From Camelus ferus (taxonomy: Eukaryota), in contig NC_045707.1 of assembly GCF_009834535.1 (NCBI RefSeq), forward strand, positions 46,874,001 through 46,938,000: a stretch of 64,000 bases of DNA. The letters are read 5' to 3'. The notes under the pieces are model-generated. The model was not told the origin of the DNA. It made no database searches and was given only the letters and a program-made list of their open reading frames with translations. Of this stretch, positions 23,557-36,513 are shown in pieces. How positions within the stretch are numbered: position 1 is the stretch's first letter; each line of letters begins with the position of its first letter. The position numbers and the translations under genes are program-made.

Positions 23557-26500
23557 CTACAGGAAAAGAGGTGGGAGCACAGGGAGCAGTGGAGCAGAGG
23601 AAAAGGCAGAATGAGACAGGGAAAGGCTCTCAGCGGGCCAAGTGCAAGCTAAGTTAGAAATAGAAATGATTTCAAAATAGCCAAATGGTATTCTCTGGGG
23701 ACTAAAATCAAAGAAGAGCCACAGATAGCAAAATAATGACATTAGTTTTTCATCCAAAGAACCCAAGAGGACTTTTTTCCTTTATCAAGTACCTAAGCAA
23801 CGAAAGAAGGAAGAAGACTGTAAATTTTCAGGAAAGCTATGTGAAAGTTTGGTTATTACTCACTCATCCATGCAACTCTTTTTAACTGTAATAATTTTAC
23901 TGTAATTGGTAACAGATTTTTTTTCTCTCTTCTTGTGTCATACTCCCCATCCCCTGCAGGCAAGATTATATCAACAATTTTTTTTCTGTGTTTTTTTCCA
24001 TTCTGGTTACATCATGTGCAATAAAAGTAAACATACTTATAACACAATATGTTGTGTAACACAATAGCCTTTTCCATTTTGCTGGGCCTCAAAACTTAAA
24101 AAGTAATAAACACTCTATACTCCCACAAAATTAAGTGCTTTGATATTTCAAATTCTTAGTAGAATGTTTCTTGGCCCTTGAATTCCTAGAAACCAGTAAG
24201 GATAGCTCAGAAGAAACAAGGTACTGCAAAAGCACAACAAGTAACGTCTGCAAGATGATTACGAGAACTTGATTTCATAAGAGTAAAGTGTGAACAGTTG
24301 CAGCCTCAAGGTTCCATATTTCTCTTTCTTATAATAAAATAATATAATAATATTGAACATTTGTAGTTAAACTCTGTACCCCCAGGACTATAATGAAGCC
24401 TTTGAATATAAACCCATATAAAGTGGTACCAGACTTAAATCTACCAATTCTAAAATTAATGATAAAATTTTCACGTAAATCAAACTAGCAATAAATCAAA
24501 CAATTTGAGTAATGCCACATGTTAAACCTTCCACTGCATCTAAAACCCTGAAACACTGAGACTACCTTATTTCATTCAATGCTGCATTAACTATAAAGAA
24601 CCACAAAAAAAATTAACTATAAGAAATTAACTATGGACCAAATTTTAAGTTATATTTCTCAGTATCCTGTGAGAAATATTTAGTTGTTAATCTGGAGATT
24701 TGTGTTTTCCTTAAAAATTGTGCTGTTTCTAAACAAATTATCTTTGTTTGATAAATTATATAATAAGAACTGCAAGAGGTAAAAACCTTATGTTCATTGC
24801 TAAACATACGTTCTAATAAATCTTCAGCACCAGATTCTAGATTCTAACCACAAATTTTGGGGTCACTTGCCCACAGGGTAGGGACTGTTTTTCATTCTAT
24901 ATTTGGTAGTGTAACTTTTGGAGTAAATCCAACCATGGTAATATTAGTAGCAATGAGGATTAACTGATACACCTAATTCCTTAGCAAAAACAAATGTAGG
25001 ATGTGACCACATAACTGAACTCTAATAACAAGAGTAGTGTCCCTTTCGTCTGCTCAGCCCAACACCTGACCCTACAGGCTCTACCTCAATTACATACTGA
25101 ATCCAGCCATCCTTTACTACCTGCACCACTTCTCCACTTGTCCACGTCACCATCCTCCCTCACATGGACAACTGCCATGGCCTCTTGACTAGCCTCCCTG
25201 CTCCCCTCTTAATCCTCTACAGTCTATTTTTCCACTCCAACCCCAGAGGAATCTTTCAAAATTATCTATTAGAACATGGCACTCTCCCACACATTTTCTC
25301 TTCTCTCTGTGCTCATTCTTATCCTTCTTTTCCTGCAGAAATGGAGAGACTGGATGAACAACATCTTGTTGTTTCCTCCTTCTCAAGCTCTGAGGAGAAA
25401 GGGTCTATGAAAAGTGGTCCCAGAAGATGGCACATTTTTAGTACTGATATCCTACTACTTTCACAATTTGGAACAGAATAATTACAAGAGTCATTAGCAC
25501 CTCACTTACCCAAAAGCCACCTGTCTGATGAGTCCAACTTTCTAGAACACTGCCAAGAAGAACCAGAGAAAGGAGAAACTGAAAAGGAGACTCGTAGACA
25601 CCACAAAGTCCTCACATTAATTTTCCTTTGTATTTTAGACAAATCTAATAAACTCAGTCATCTACTTCCCCACATTATAACCAGCGAGAATACACTGTTG
25701 GGGACTGGGAGCTCTAGGGGCAGGCATATAGGTGGCATCAGAAAATGAGCACAAATAGCCTACCAGAGAGGAGGTGGTAGCAAAAGTATGAAAACAGGCA
25801 TGAGAATTCAAAAAATACAACAATATATGGTCTTCAGTGTAATGGAAAAACTCGACCCACTTGGAGTAAATCCTAAGTGTATCACTGTACTACAGCATGA
25901 TATTTCCAAAATCATCCTGAAACAACAGGAAAACATTAGATGATATTACAAATACCTTAAAGATATTAGATATCTTTTAAGATAAGATATTAAGAAGATA
26001 GGTAAGTATACAATGTTTTAGTAAATTTTCCAACAAAACGGTTGGAATAGTTTTAAGTGATGATGCTTAAAAGGTTACAGTTCATTCATCCTTTACATGA
26101 AAAATGGATTCCTCCAAGACAATGGTAATAAAATGAGCAAACATCCTGACTGGCAGCAAAATTAATCTTCTGTTGAATTATTTGTCAGTGGCATGTTCAG
26201 CCTCAAGAGGGCGCTCAAGATTTCCCACCTGCAGGTAATCCAGGAGGAGGAAGGAGACATAACAGTACAGATGAAGACAAGGAGGCTATGTGTCCTCACT
26301 ACTTGGAAGTTCCCTGATACATAACAAGCTAAGAGGTTAAGGTTTTATGTCCATATGGCACATTCTCATTAGCTTTTTCCCACTGGACCCAATTCCTCTT
26401 TGGATTGCTCCTCCCTCTTTCACCTTGCACACAAAGGCTGCCTTCTACTTGGGAAGACTGTCCTTCTTCATCCAAAAAATATTCTTGAGCATCTCCTACT

Positions 26501-27679
26501 TATCAGGTCCTGTTCTAGATGCTGAGGATGCAGATGCAGCAGTGAACAAGAAAGGCTTGGAATAAGCAGTTTATGCCAGCTCCATTCTAAGCCTTTGTTG
26601 TTGCACAGGGACAGGATGAAGCCAGGACACAGGTGAAGGACCTTCCAAATCAGGAGATAAAAGCTTGCAGAAAGGAGATGCAGGACTCCTCTGACATGTG
26701 GCCTCATAAGCCCACCACTCCTTCGTGAGGGATAAGGCTACATGCAGGAGCTGTAGCCATTTTACCGTCAGGGATAGCCTTCATCCTAACTGGTAGGAGT
26801 ATATCTTCTACCCAGGATAAGCCCTTAGTACAAGTAGGTGTCCAAGTGCCTCATGTCTGCCAATCCACTGATTCACAGGGGTTTCAGGCTCTCATAGCCT
26901 AAATACACAGTGTCAGTGATATGACCAGTCTATTTCTCCTAAAGACTTAACCAGGGATGTGGTCTCAGCAGTCGACAAAACAAGATATCAAAATTCCTCA
27001 GTGATCACTATCACAGCCTAAAATCCCTGCCTGTAACATGAACATAGCTGACACCCTTAGCAGGCCTATAAACAGGCCTTGTAAGTGGACCCAAAGGGCT
27101 TCCCCATTACGAGTGAGCTAGGCGGTCACCACCTCAATCCTTAATGCTAACTGTACTTTGGAATACTACCTGGGAACCTTCAGCAAAAGCCCTGCTTTAC
27201 CCTCCACTGGAGTTCAGAGGGAGTGAGGACCCAGGAGAACAGCCATGGCCCACACTTGGCACGTAAAAATGCTTTCAAGGGTTCCTCAAGTACACTTCTG
27301 GCAGTCACTTGCCTGCCCCTTCACCCCAACCCCCTGAAGGCAAAACCATCCCATTATCTGTATCCTCACTGCTTTCTTCAGAGTTAGGTGCTGATGTGCA
27401 CTCTGTTTATTATTATCAGGTATTCAGAAGCTGATTTGTTGCCTCACATTTTTGGATACAACTTCTGAGTTCAGACTGCACCAGAGGATTAATAGTAATT
27501 GTAGTTTTTATTCAAGTACAAAAAATATTCTGTTATTAGTGGAAACTGAGGAAAGTAACTAGATGTCGGGAAACTTAAAAAAAACTTTATTATTAATTTG
27601 TGGGTACAAGAATCTAAGTTTTAGGTTTTAAAATGTTAAGCCTTAAAAAATTGTTTGGTTTAAAATATATTAGCCCTTT

Positions 27680-28823
27680 TGTGATAGCCAGACTGCAAAA
27701 TGACCCGGTGAGTCTTGCCTCCTAGTATTCACACCCCTGTGTAGCCCTCCAAGCCCACCCCACCCCACCCATGGCGACCTATGTAACCGGTAGAATATTA
27801 CAAAAATGATAGGGAAGCGTGACTTCCAAGACTAAACTGCAAAAGAAATTTTGGCTTCCACCTTACCTTGCTCATTTGTTCTCCCTGGGGGGAGCTAGCC
27901 TCCATGTTGTGAGGACACTCAAGCAGCTCAGGGAGAAGCCCAAATGGGAAGGAAGTGAGACCTGCCAACAACCAACACCATGTGGGTTGTTGTGTCAGTC
28001 TCAGACTATTTATGGTGATGCTACAGGCAAGGAATGCCTGAGGCATCACCTAGGCTGGTATTACTTACAGCGAGCCCCCATGGACATTTCCTATCCAAAG
28101 CCAGTGTTGTGGCTGGACCAGCCCTTGTGGTTCTTATGATTTCAAGATGCACTTGAGCAAACCATTAGAGAACTTTGAAAAACAAGATTTATCACTTACA
28201 AGTCCAGGAGGGTACACAGCATGCCCAGGGGCCACACAGCGAGGTTGAGGGTAGAGAGAGAAGGAAGTAAAGACCTGGGGTTCTGCCTTTATTAGGGTCT
28301 AGGGGTGGGGTGCCTAGGGTTTCATGGGTTCACTCTTCATTGGCAAATTTAAAGCATTAGGGCATGGGAAAGGAGAAGCAGGGTCATTCAAGTGGTCAGT
28401 TATCTAGGTTACCCATATAAAAGGGGAACTTCATGGGTGGAGGCAGCCTGGTTCCTTATCTAATTGTTTTGCTAGTAGCTGTGTTATACAGTTGCAATGT
28501 ATTTGTTCAAGATGGATATCTTTGAAATAGATGCCTCAGCAATCGAAAGCTTAATGCCAGGAACTTACATTACAACCAAAAAGCTTAACACTAGGCACTT
28601 GCACTACAGGAGTGCACCATCCTACAAGTGGCTCCCCCAGCGCCATGCTAGAATGACTCCCAGCTGACATCCTGAGACGTCCTGAAAGACCCCAAGCCCG
28701 AGCTAATCAGCTAAGGCACTTTCAAATCCCTGACCAAAAGAAACTATGTGAAATAATAAATGCTCATTGTTTTAAGCTACTAGATTTGGGGTGCTTTGTC
28801 CTGCAGCAATAGATTACTAATAT
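27680..28823 (+). mobile_element. MLT1F-like MaLR solo LTR interrupted by a second LTR
   Basis: TGTGATAGCCAG...GCCTCCTAGTATTCACACCCC start; AATAAATGCTCATTGTTTTAAGCTACTAGATTTGGGG...GCAATAGATTACTAATA end. Confidence 0.85.
28105..28608 (-). mobile_element. Nested ERV-type solo LTR (family unassigned)
   Basis: A 504-bp block with TG...CA termini that interrupts the MLT1 match. It has a minus-strand AATAAA near 28290. Confidence 0.55.
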
Positions 28824-28914
28824 AAAACTTTATACTGTTAAAAGTTGCTAGTTACTATCAATTCATACTTGGTCTAACAACTACATACTTTGGTTTCATA
28901 GGTACTGGTAGTCA

Positions 28915-29105
28915 ACAGCATGGGCTCTGAAGTCAGACTGACTGGGTTCAAGGGTATGTTCCATACTGTGTGACCTAAGACAAGTTATTTATACAGTCTT
29001 GCAATGTGCCGATTATAACAGTACATGTCTCATAAGATTGCTGTGAGAACTGAGTTAACTCTATAGTGTCAGGAACACAGCAGGAGCTCAATAAATGCTA
29101 GCTAT
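28915..29105 (+). mobile_element. MIR SINE
   Basis: GGGCTCTGAAGTCAGACTGACTGGGTTCAA...TGTGTGACC...GCTCAATAAATG. Confidence 0.85.
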
Positions 29106-29435
29106 TATGATGTAGAAATAAATAAATGAGGCTATCCTTTATAAAAGGGAAAAATGACAGTAGAAAAAATTGGGGAAACATATTCACTTGGCTGTTGATT
29201 CTATCTTTTTTTTTCTTTTTATGGCTTCTGCCACATGTAAGGAAGGAGAAAGAAGGGGAGCAGAGAGACCAAAGACAGCAGAAAAGATCTGAGCTAATAA
29301 GTCTTAACCACATCTAACCAGGGTAAAGTAGGGTGACCATATAATTAATCATAATAAACAAGGATATTTCTGAGAATGAAAAGGAGCCCTATTGAGAATG
29401 GTGTTGAGAAGAGACATAAAACAGGATACCCCTAA

Positions 29436-29560
29436 GGGGGAGGGTATAGCTTAGTTGGCAGAGTGCATGCTTAGCATGCACGAGGTCCTGGGTTCAATCC
29501 CCAGTACCTCCATCATGTATATAAATAAACCTGACTACCTCCCTCAAAAAAAAAATAAAA
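29436..29560 (+). mobile_element. tRNA-derived camelid SINE (Vic-1 type)
   Basis: GGGGAGGGTATAGCTTAGTTGGCAGAGTGCATGCTTAGCATGCACGAGGTCCTGGGTTCAATCCCCAGTACCTCC: A box, B box, tRNA-Ala-like head, A tail. Confidence 0.9.
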
Positions 29561-29586
29561 GTAGCCATGCGATTAATATTTTTTTT

Positions 29587-29640
29587 ACACAACATTGTAA
29601 AATGACTATAACTCAATAAAAAAAAGGTTAAAAAAAAAAA
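29587..29640 (+). mobile_element. Terminal 54 nt of camelid L1 with poly(A)
   Basis: ACACAACATTGTAAAATGACTATAACTCAATAAAAAAAAGGTT(A)n closely matches the reverse complement of 179-228 of the full-length L1. Confidence 0.88.
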
Positions 29641-30340
29641 CCAGGAAGCCCCTAGCAAAGCAAGTACATAAGCACTCTAAAGTGACTACAGTATAAATAA
29701 ACTGTTGAAGTTGAGAACAAAGTTCTGAAAAGGAGATTCCAGAGCTATTCTGAGAGGTGCAGTCAAAGATAAGAACTGAGTCGAGTGTGTAAAATATTAT
29801 ACAAAAACCCTGATTGAGGTCAGCATTAGTATTCCTTTAAGCAGTGATGGAGAAAATAATAATTTACCAAAAAGTACTAAATGAAGACTTTATTTCCTTA
29901 GTTCTTCTCTTAATGTGTCATCTGTTCAAATACAGTATTAACCTTCTTTTTCTTAACAGTTTTTAATGGGGCAAAATGCACACTAATGCAGGTTTCAGCT
30001 AATAGTGACTCCCAGTTTAAACCAAGAGACTATAAACACAGCATTAGCTGGTGACAGGCTGCCTTCACTGCAGGTAAAGTATCTTTGAGGAAATAAACAC
30101 TACCCAAATGTTTGAGCTTCCAAATGTGATTGGTGAGATTTTTGTGATCAGAATCTACTTTTTCCTACAATGATGGTCATGCTTTTTTTTTAAAGCAAAA
30201 AAAAAAAAAAAAAAAAAGCAAGACTTGTACTTGTGGTTCTAGAAAGTCTCTCAAGTTTACTTCTTTATTTTTGCCACCATACAAGAAAGAGTACAGTAAA
30301 TACAGGCCCATTCCCAGATCAACCCAATGAGAGCTTTCCC

Positions 30341-30394
30341 TGAGATTGGCCCAAAATTCATTAAGATTGAGATTGGCCCAAAATTCATTAAGAT
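30341..30394. repeat. Perfect 27-bp tandem duplication
   Basis: TGAGATTGGCCCAAAATTCATTAAGAT x2. Confidence 0.97.
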
Positions 30395-30523
30395 TGTTTA
30401 CACTGAACTCAGAGAACTTCTTAAAGTACAGGAAAAAATTTAAGTAAAAATGTTACCTCTGTATCATGCTGTAAGTCCCTTTATTGTGACAGCTATGATG
30501 TTTCCATTCAGAAATTACATGGT

Positions 30524-30668
30524 GAGGGGAGGGTATAGCTCAAAGTATAGAGCATGTGCTCAGCATGAACAAGGTCCTGAGTTCAATTTCCAGTACCTTC
30601 ATTTAAAAAAAAAAAATTAAATAAATGAACCTAATTACCTCCCCCCACAAAAAACAAACAAACAAACA
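30524..30668 (+). mobile_element. tRNA-derived camelid SINE (Vic-1 type)
   Basis: GGGGAGGGTATAGCTC...GAGTTCAAT head, (CAAA)n tail, TSD AAATTACATGGT (30512-30523 / 30669-30680). Confidence 0.92.
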
Positions 30669-31039
30669 AAATTACATGGTAGCATACAATGAAGTAATTT
30701 GGATAGTGACTTTTATATTCATGTCTAAGGATTTTACTGAATGTGAATGTAAAAATATAATTTTTAAAAGGCTAAAAACATAATTCACATGTGAGTGTAC
30801 AGTGAGCACATGTCAAAGACTTATGTAACTCATAATGAGGAAAATGACAAGGTGGCAAAGAAATTGATACAGTGAATTAAAAAAAAAGAATCCTGGAACA
30901 AGATTTCAAAATTACATAAAAAACTCATTAATATTCTATAGGGTAATAAAACATAACCTTTGGAGGTTATCATTTCTACTTATAAGAAATCATTTGCATC
31001 ATAACAATTTTCTATAACTTCTAACTTTAACAGAGTCTG

Positions 31040-31290
31040 TTACGGTTACCAAAGGGGAAAGAGGGAGAGGGATAAATTAGGAGTTTGAGATTTGCAGATA
31101 CTAACTACTATATATAAAATAGATAAACACAAAGTCCTCTTGTACAACACAAGGAACTATATTCAATACCTTGTAATAACCTATAATGAAAAAGAATAGG
31201 AAAAATAATATATATGTATAACTGAATCATTATGCCATATACCAAAAACAAATACAACATTGTAAATCAACTATACTTCAATTAAAAAAA
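31040..31290 (+). mobile_element. 5'-truncated L1 3'UTR fragment
   Basis: GGTTACCAAAGGGGAAAG...GGGATAAATTAGGAGTTTGAG...TAAATCAACTATACTTCAATTAAAAAAA. Confidence 0.9.
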
Positions 31291-31448
31291 CACACAATTC
31301 TGAATACTAATTAATAGCAAATATTAAGTAAAACAATGTTACATTGTCTAGGGAATCAGATTACCCTTAGGTCTTGTTAGACAATGTCTATTGTGACTTT
31401 GAAAGGTTGTATCACCATCTTAATATCTTATTAACAGAAACATTATTC

Positions 31449-31502
31449 TTTTTTAAAATTGAAGTATAATCAGTTACAATGTGTCAATTTCTGGTATACA
31501 GA
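31449..31502 (-). mobile_element. Very short L1 3'-end fragment
   Basis: TTTTTTAAAATTGAAGTATAATCAGTTACAATGTGTCAATTTCTGG is the reverse of an L1 terminus. Confidence 0.75.
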
Positions 31503-32299
31503 AATGAAGTCCTGATTCACCTGTCTATAATGATAAAAACTATACTGCTCTCCCTGATAAAAATACAGCTAATTAAAAAGCCAGGACAGAGGCTGGATCT
31601 GAGGTTAAGTGTCAAATTTACATTCCCAAAGTTCCTTTCCACATAGTACTTACACTTACCTCCCTTTATTAGGGTCCTATGCCAAACACTGACTTTAGGT
31701 CCTGAAATGGTCTGCTCAAGGGCATAACCACAACACATTCATCTTCATGTTCATCATAAAGCCCATCACGTCTTGCTGTTTATTCATTCACCTAACAAAA
31801 CTTTACCTTGTACCTACTATGTACAAGGAGCTCTGTTAGGTTAGAATTTTATAAAGGAAATCAGCATAGCCAAGAGAGAATGACTCAAAGGTCATGGAAG
31901 AAATGGACAAACACAAAAAGCCATCACAATTGCAAAAGCAAGGGAGGAAAAGAGAAAAAGTTAAAAGAGAAAGCATGTCATTGCTGGCAGCATAGGATGG
32001 GTGTGTTTGAAGACAAACAGACCAAAGCCACAGTAGGAGGCAAAAAGCAGGTAACAGAAGAATTGCTCAATATTACAGAGGTGGCTGCTCATGAATTCTT
32101 TCACCAAAAAGCTAAATTAATGATGAGAGTTAATTGGATTTGAAGAGAAAGCCTAAAAAATAAAGAGACACAAGTGACTTCAAATTGTTCACATTTGAAT
32201 TAAAAACAAAGAAAACACTGGAATACTCCCAAAGGAGCCCAGCTCCCTGCCAGTTTTTAATACTGCATGACGTCCACTTGAGAGGCAAAGTGGACTCAT

Positions 32300-32780
32300 G
32301 TAAACCATGTCCCTCCTCTGCTTAAAAACCTTCAGGGGCTTCTTGTTCTTTGAATGAAATCCATACTCCTGTTCAGGCCATATAAGGTTCAGCAAAGTCT
32401 AGCTGCAGACTGGCTCTCCCTCCACCCCTCAACCTCTCCCCTCTGCTCATGAAGCTCCAATAGTCTGGCTTCTGACACACCAAGTTCCTCTCCATCTTAG
32501 GTCCTTTGGACTTGCTGGTCCTCTATCTAGGATGCTCCTGGCCTAGCTAACTCCTACCCATCCTTCAGGTCTCAGATTCAGTATCACCTGCTCAAATAGA
32601 CTTCCCCTGACCACCCCAACTCACCTACCCACCCACCTGCCATCTTATTATTTTCTGACATCGTATATTCATCTGTTTCCATGACAGCAGGGATCTTGTC
32701 TATGCCATTAACCATTATATCCCCAGAACAGTGCCTGGCGTTCACTAAGCACTTAATATTACTGAAAGAATGCATGTAGT
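32300..32780 (+). mobile_element. L2 LINE 3' fragment
   Basis: CTCTGCTTAAAAACCTTCA...CTAACTCCTACCCATCCTTCAGGTCTCAG...AGAACAGTGCCTGGC. Confidence 0.75.
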
Positions 32781-34005
32781 TAATATGAAGAGTTAGAGTA
32801 CCACCAAGCAGGGCCCATGTCAAAGCCCTAGAAGAGCTATGCAATTTCTAGTGCCTTCTTGAAAGTCTGATTGCCACTTCTATAAGGCCCTGGCCTGTGG
32901 GGCAGTATGAGCCCTCGTGGCTACGAACAGTTTCCAGGTAAGCCGCAAAGATACCTGGTTCCAGCCTAACTCCCAGAAGAGCCTGCAGATTATTTTTTCT
33001 TCCAGAAACTTCCAACTCCAAGGGTTTACCAAGCCAGGATCAGACCCTAAAGAGAAATGGGATGCCTTGGTTAAGCCAGATAGAAATGTCCACACTTTGG
33101 GGCCTTCATGCCTTTGCAGACCACTCCTCCATCATAGCTGCCATACTCATCACCTGGGAAGATTTTCCACTCCTGCTTACAGATACACTATCTCCACTGG
33201 GTCCTGGCTCCCTGCTTCTCAGCCAATGTTTAGGGGGAGAAGGAAAGAATCACTGGAAGGTATGGGAGGGGACCACAATGTTGAAAGACACCACTTATCA
33301 AACCACATTAAGATACCACAATAAGAAAGACCACTTATCGAACACCATTCTGCGTGAGGCACTTTCACGTAACATCACACTAACTTCAGAACCTAATGTC
33401 TTCTCAACCACCCTAGGAAACAGATTGGATTTTTTTTTTCATTTTACAAGTTGAGGAAACTGCCTAAGGTCACGTAGCTAGAGGGTGGCAGAGGCAAGAT
33501 CTAAACCTAGATTTACCGACCTTTAAAAGCTTTATTATTTCTGGCACTACCTGGTGTCTTTACAAGCAGTTTTGAGAAAAGGGTGGGAGTGGAGGGGAGA
33601 AGAAATGCCACCCCTGACATCACTGCCAGGCTCCTTGCTCTAACATTAAAAGGAAAAGAAGAGTTCAGAGAAAGGGGTGGGGGGTGGAGTAGAGACATAA
33701 AAAATAGAAAGGAAAGCAAGTCCCCTATCCGCCCCCCAATGCTTCTTACCAGTCCCCTGCCCTTGGCTTCGCACGTTCACCAGCACCTGCCTGACAAGAG
33801 CCCTCTCCTGGTTCACTTGGGAGGGCATTTCTGCTCTGACTTCAGCCTGATGCAAACACTTCACTTGTGCTGTAGGGCCATGATACAGTGATGGTTTACC
33901 GGCTTCCCTAATTGGAATTCAACACATTTTTCCATAAAATAACATTACATTATGGTTAGGGTTTATAATACCGGTGGCTTTTTTATTTTGTAAAAAAAAG
34001 TATAA

Positions 34006-34371
34006 TAGAGATCCACTAATCTGAAATCCAAAACGCTCTGAAAACCAGAAGTTTTTTCATAACTCATTTGGCAGCAAAACCTGACCTGACCTGAACTCAT
34101 TTGGCCTGAATTCATTTGGCAACCAAACTTGACCTGAACTGACATGAGGGTATTTATAGTTTTTATTTATCCCACTGAGTGTGAATATTCATCAGTTTCA
34201 CTGCAGAAGTATTAATGTGTTTGATTATAGGATCCTGCTCCAGACCACACTGCAGTGCTGTGTAATAACTGGTATATGCACAATATTATCCTTCTCAAAA
34301 AACAAAAAACAAAAAACTCCAAGTCAGCAAAATCTGGCCTCAAAGCTTTTGAATACAGAATTGTAGACCTG
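34006..34371. mobile_element. MER46C-like TcMar-Tigger MITE
   Basis: CTGAAATCCAAAACGCTCTGAAAACC...CTCATTTGGCAGCAAAACCTGACCTGACCTGAAC internal repeats; ends GACCTG-TA. Confidence 0.75.
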
Positions 34372-36280
34372 TATTTATTCAGATTTAACCTCCTTGAACC
34401 TCGGGTTCATTGCAAGTCTGAAATTAGGTTGTAGACAGCATCATTTCTTTGGGAAAACATATTCCTAATTTCAAACAAGCAACTTAAAGATGAACTTTTG
34501 GAACACCACTAATTCATGGGTTGGAAACTATATAAAAGTATACAATAAAGAAAAAATTCTTCATGATAAAAGGTTTCCATTCTGGAAAAAAAAGAAAAGA
34601 AGAAGGATGAGATTCTGCTTCCCATTTCCACAGAACCTTCAGGGAAGTCTTCAGCTTCCGAAAAGAGCAGCGAATCTTCTTGGACCTCTCAGTGCACTGA
34701 GGAGAATATTGGAATATTAGAACATGGACTGAGAAATACTAGAAATCTTGTTAACTGTTTCCATTTTGTCATTCTGTTCATTTATATTTCTGCCAAAATT
34801 ATGTTTTTATAACTTCAACTGCAATTCAACGTTAATCTTTTAGGCAGAAGGAAAGCACCAGATGTCCCTTTCAACACAAGATGGGTTCAAAGGAAAATCC
34901 CAATCTTCTTATAATTGTTTTATTAATATGATGAATCCAGTAGCTGATTACTTTTCTCCCATTTTGTTTTGGTTGCTAGAAAAAAATCAGAGCCAAATTT
35001 ATAGCCTAGTTTTAGCACCTGTATAGAATTTTATACTGTATTTTCCTTGCATTCACATTATTTTTCTCCTAATTTTATTTTCCTTTTGCCCAATTTCTTC
35101 ATTTACTTACTTTATGTGGTGGCGATGAGGATGTATGTATGTGTAAATTTCCTCAAAATCTTTTTGGAATAAGGTGGAGTCTGGGTAAATAAATAAGTAA
35201 TTGTGCACTTCATAATGTGCTGGCATGGATTCATTTACTTCCAGCTGAAAAGACTTCAGTAATAACAAAACTCTAAATCATTCTACTTGATTAATTGCAC
35301 AGATACTGTGCTATAATTAAAAACTTCTATATCAAAATTCCCATGACCATCATTCATTACATGAAAATAATCATAAATTAGGGAAAGCAAAAGAGGCATC
35401 TTAGCTAAGCTGCATGTTTCAAATATATAGTCACCCAAGATGTGTGGCTGAGATCTGATAATCACATTACCCTGAGAGCTGAGGAGGCACGCGTTTCAAG
35501 TCTGAGCATACGCGCTGCCTATCCCTCCACCCCATATCTGCAGACCATCAGTTACTTCCCCACAGCACCACATCGGAGACTGAAATTGGCAGATCCCAAC
35601 TTCTTGCACCAGACCCCTACTTGCTGGAGTTACTGGAAGACAACGGAGTTACTGAAAAGGTGGGGAAGTACTAAAGAGTATGCATAAAAATCCCCCAAAG
35701 TCAAACACTTTCTGTTCTATGGTTGCATCTGGTGATCATCCTTTTATTTTCTTTTCATAGCTCCAAAGCACTGTAATTTTCCTGAGTATAATCCATACTT
35801 CTGAATAGTTGTCTAGTTAAAATTTCTTAAGGGAAAAATTAGAATTTAAGTAACGAATGATAATCAAGATTCATAAATAGTAAGTCAGGATGCACACTGT
35901 AAGCCTGCAATCCCCCCATCTCTAGCTATAGGAGCTATGCAGTAGCTCTCAAGAAGTGAAGAGGGGGTTTACATGTGCCCTACAACTGGGAAGTGGCATA
36001 TTCAAGCACAGTTTTAGGTATGAGAACGACGCAGCTAGGTCAGGGGACCTGGTTTCTTATTCAAAATTGGATCCCAGCAGAAACCTATATCAAAAACTTT
36101 CCAAAGCTGAAATCAGATCACAGAGAAAACCCAATCTTTTAAAAATGCAATTATTAGTAATATATAGTATTGTTACAATAAACTGACTTCTATCTGATGC
36201 TACCCTATTATGATGCCAAAAACAAAACAAAAACAAACCAAGAAGCTTGGGGAAGGTTTTCCAACACAGAAGTTTGAGTT

Positions 36281-36333
36281 ACAAAACAAAACAAAACAAA
36301 ACAAAACAAAACAAAACAAAACAAAAAAAAAAA
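36281..36333. repeat. (CAAAA)n microsatellite with A tract
   Basis: Read directly from the sequence. Confidence 0.95.
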
Positions 36334-36513
36334 ACCAGGAGAATGTTTATTGTTTTAAACTTCTAAAAATTCTTTATAAGTAATAGTTGATGTTACCTGG
36401 CCTTTCTAGTTTTAATTTTACTTTGCAGAATTTTGAGAATTTAGATGTTTAAAATCTCTTTAAAATACTAAATTATGACTATTACCATCCCAGGAAAGCT
36501 GTACCTAGGAGGA

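Larger units (their letters stand above)
29329..29679. mobile_element. MER94-like hAT-Blackjack MITE split by the SINE/L1 insertion
   Basis: TAGGGTGACCATATAATT... left end and a degenerate ...AGCACTCTA right end; the halves join at the duplicated target. Confidence 0.6.

Noticed and set aside
29436..29512. Functional tRNA-Ala gene
   Set aside because: It has a SINE tail, a TSD and a second related copy at 30524; it is a tRNA-derived SINE.
34050..34145. Short repeats (CTCATTTGGC, CCTGA) resembling an array
   Set aside because: Internal repeats of the MER46C-like MITE; not CRISPR (eukaryotic DNA, no spacers).
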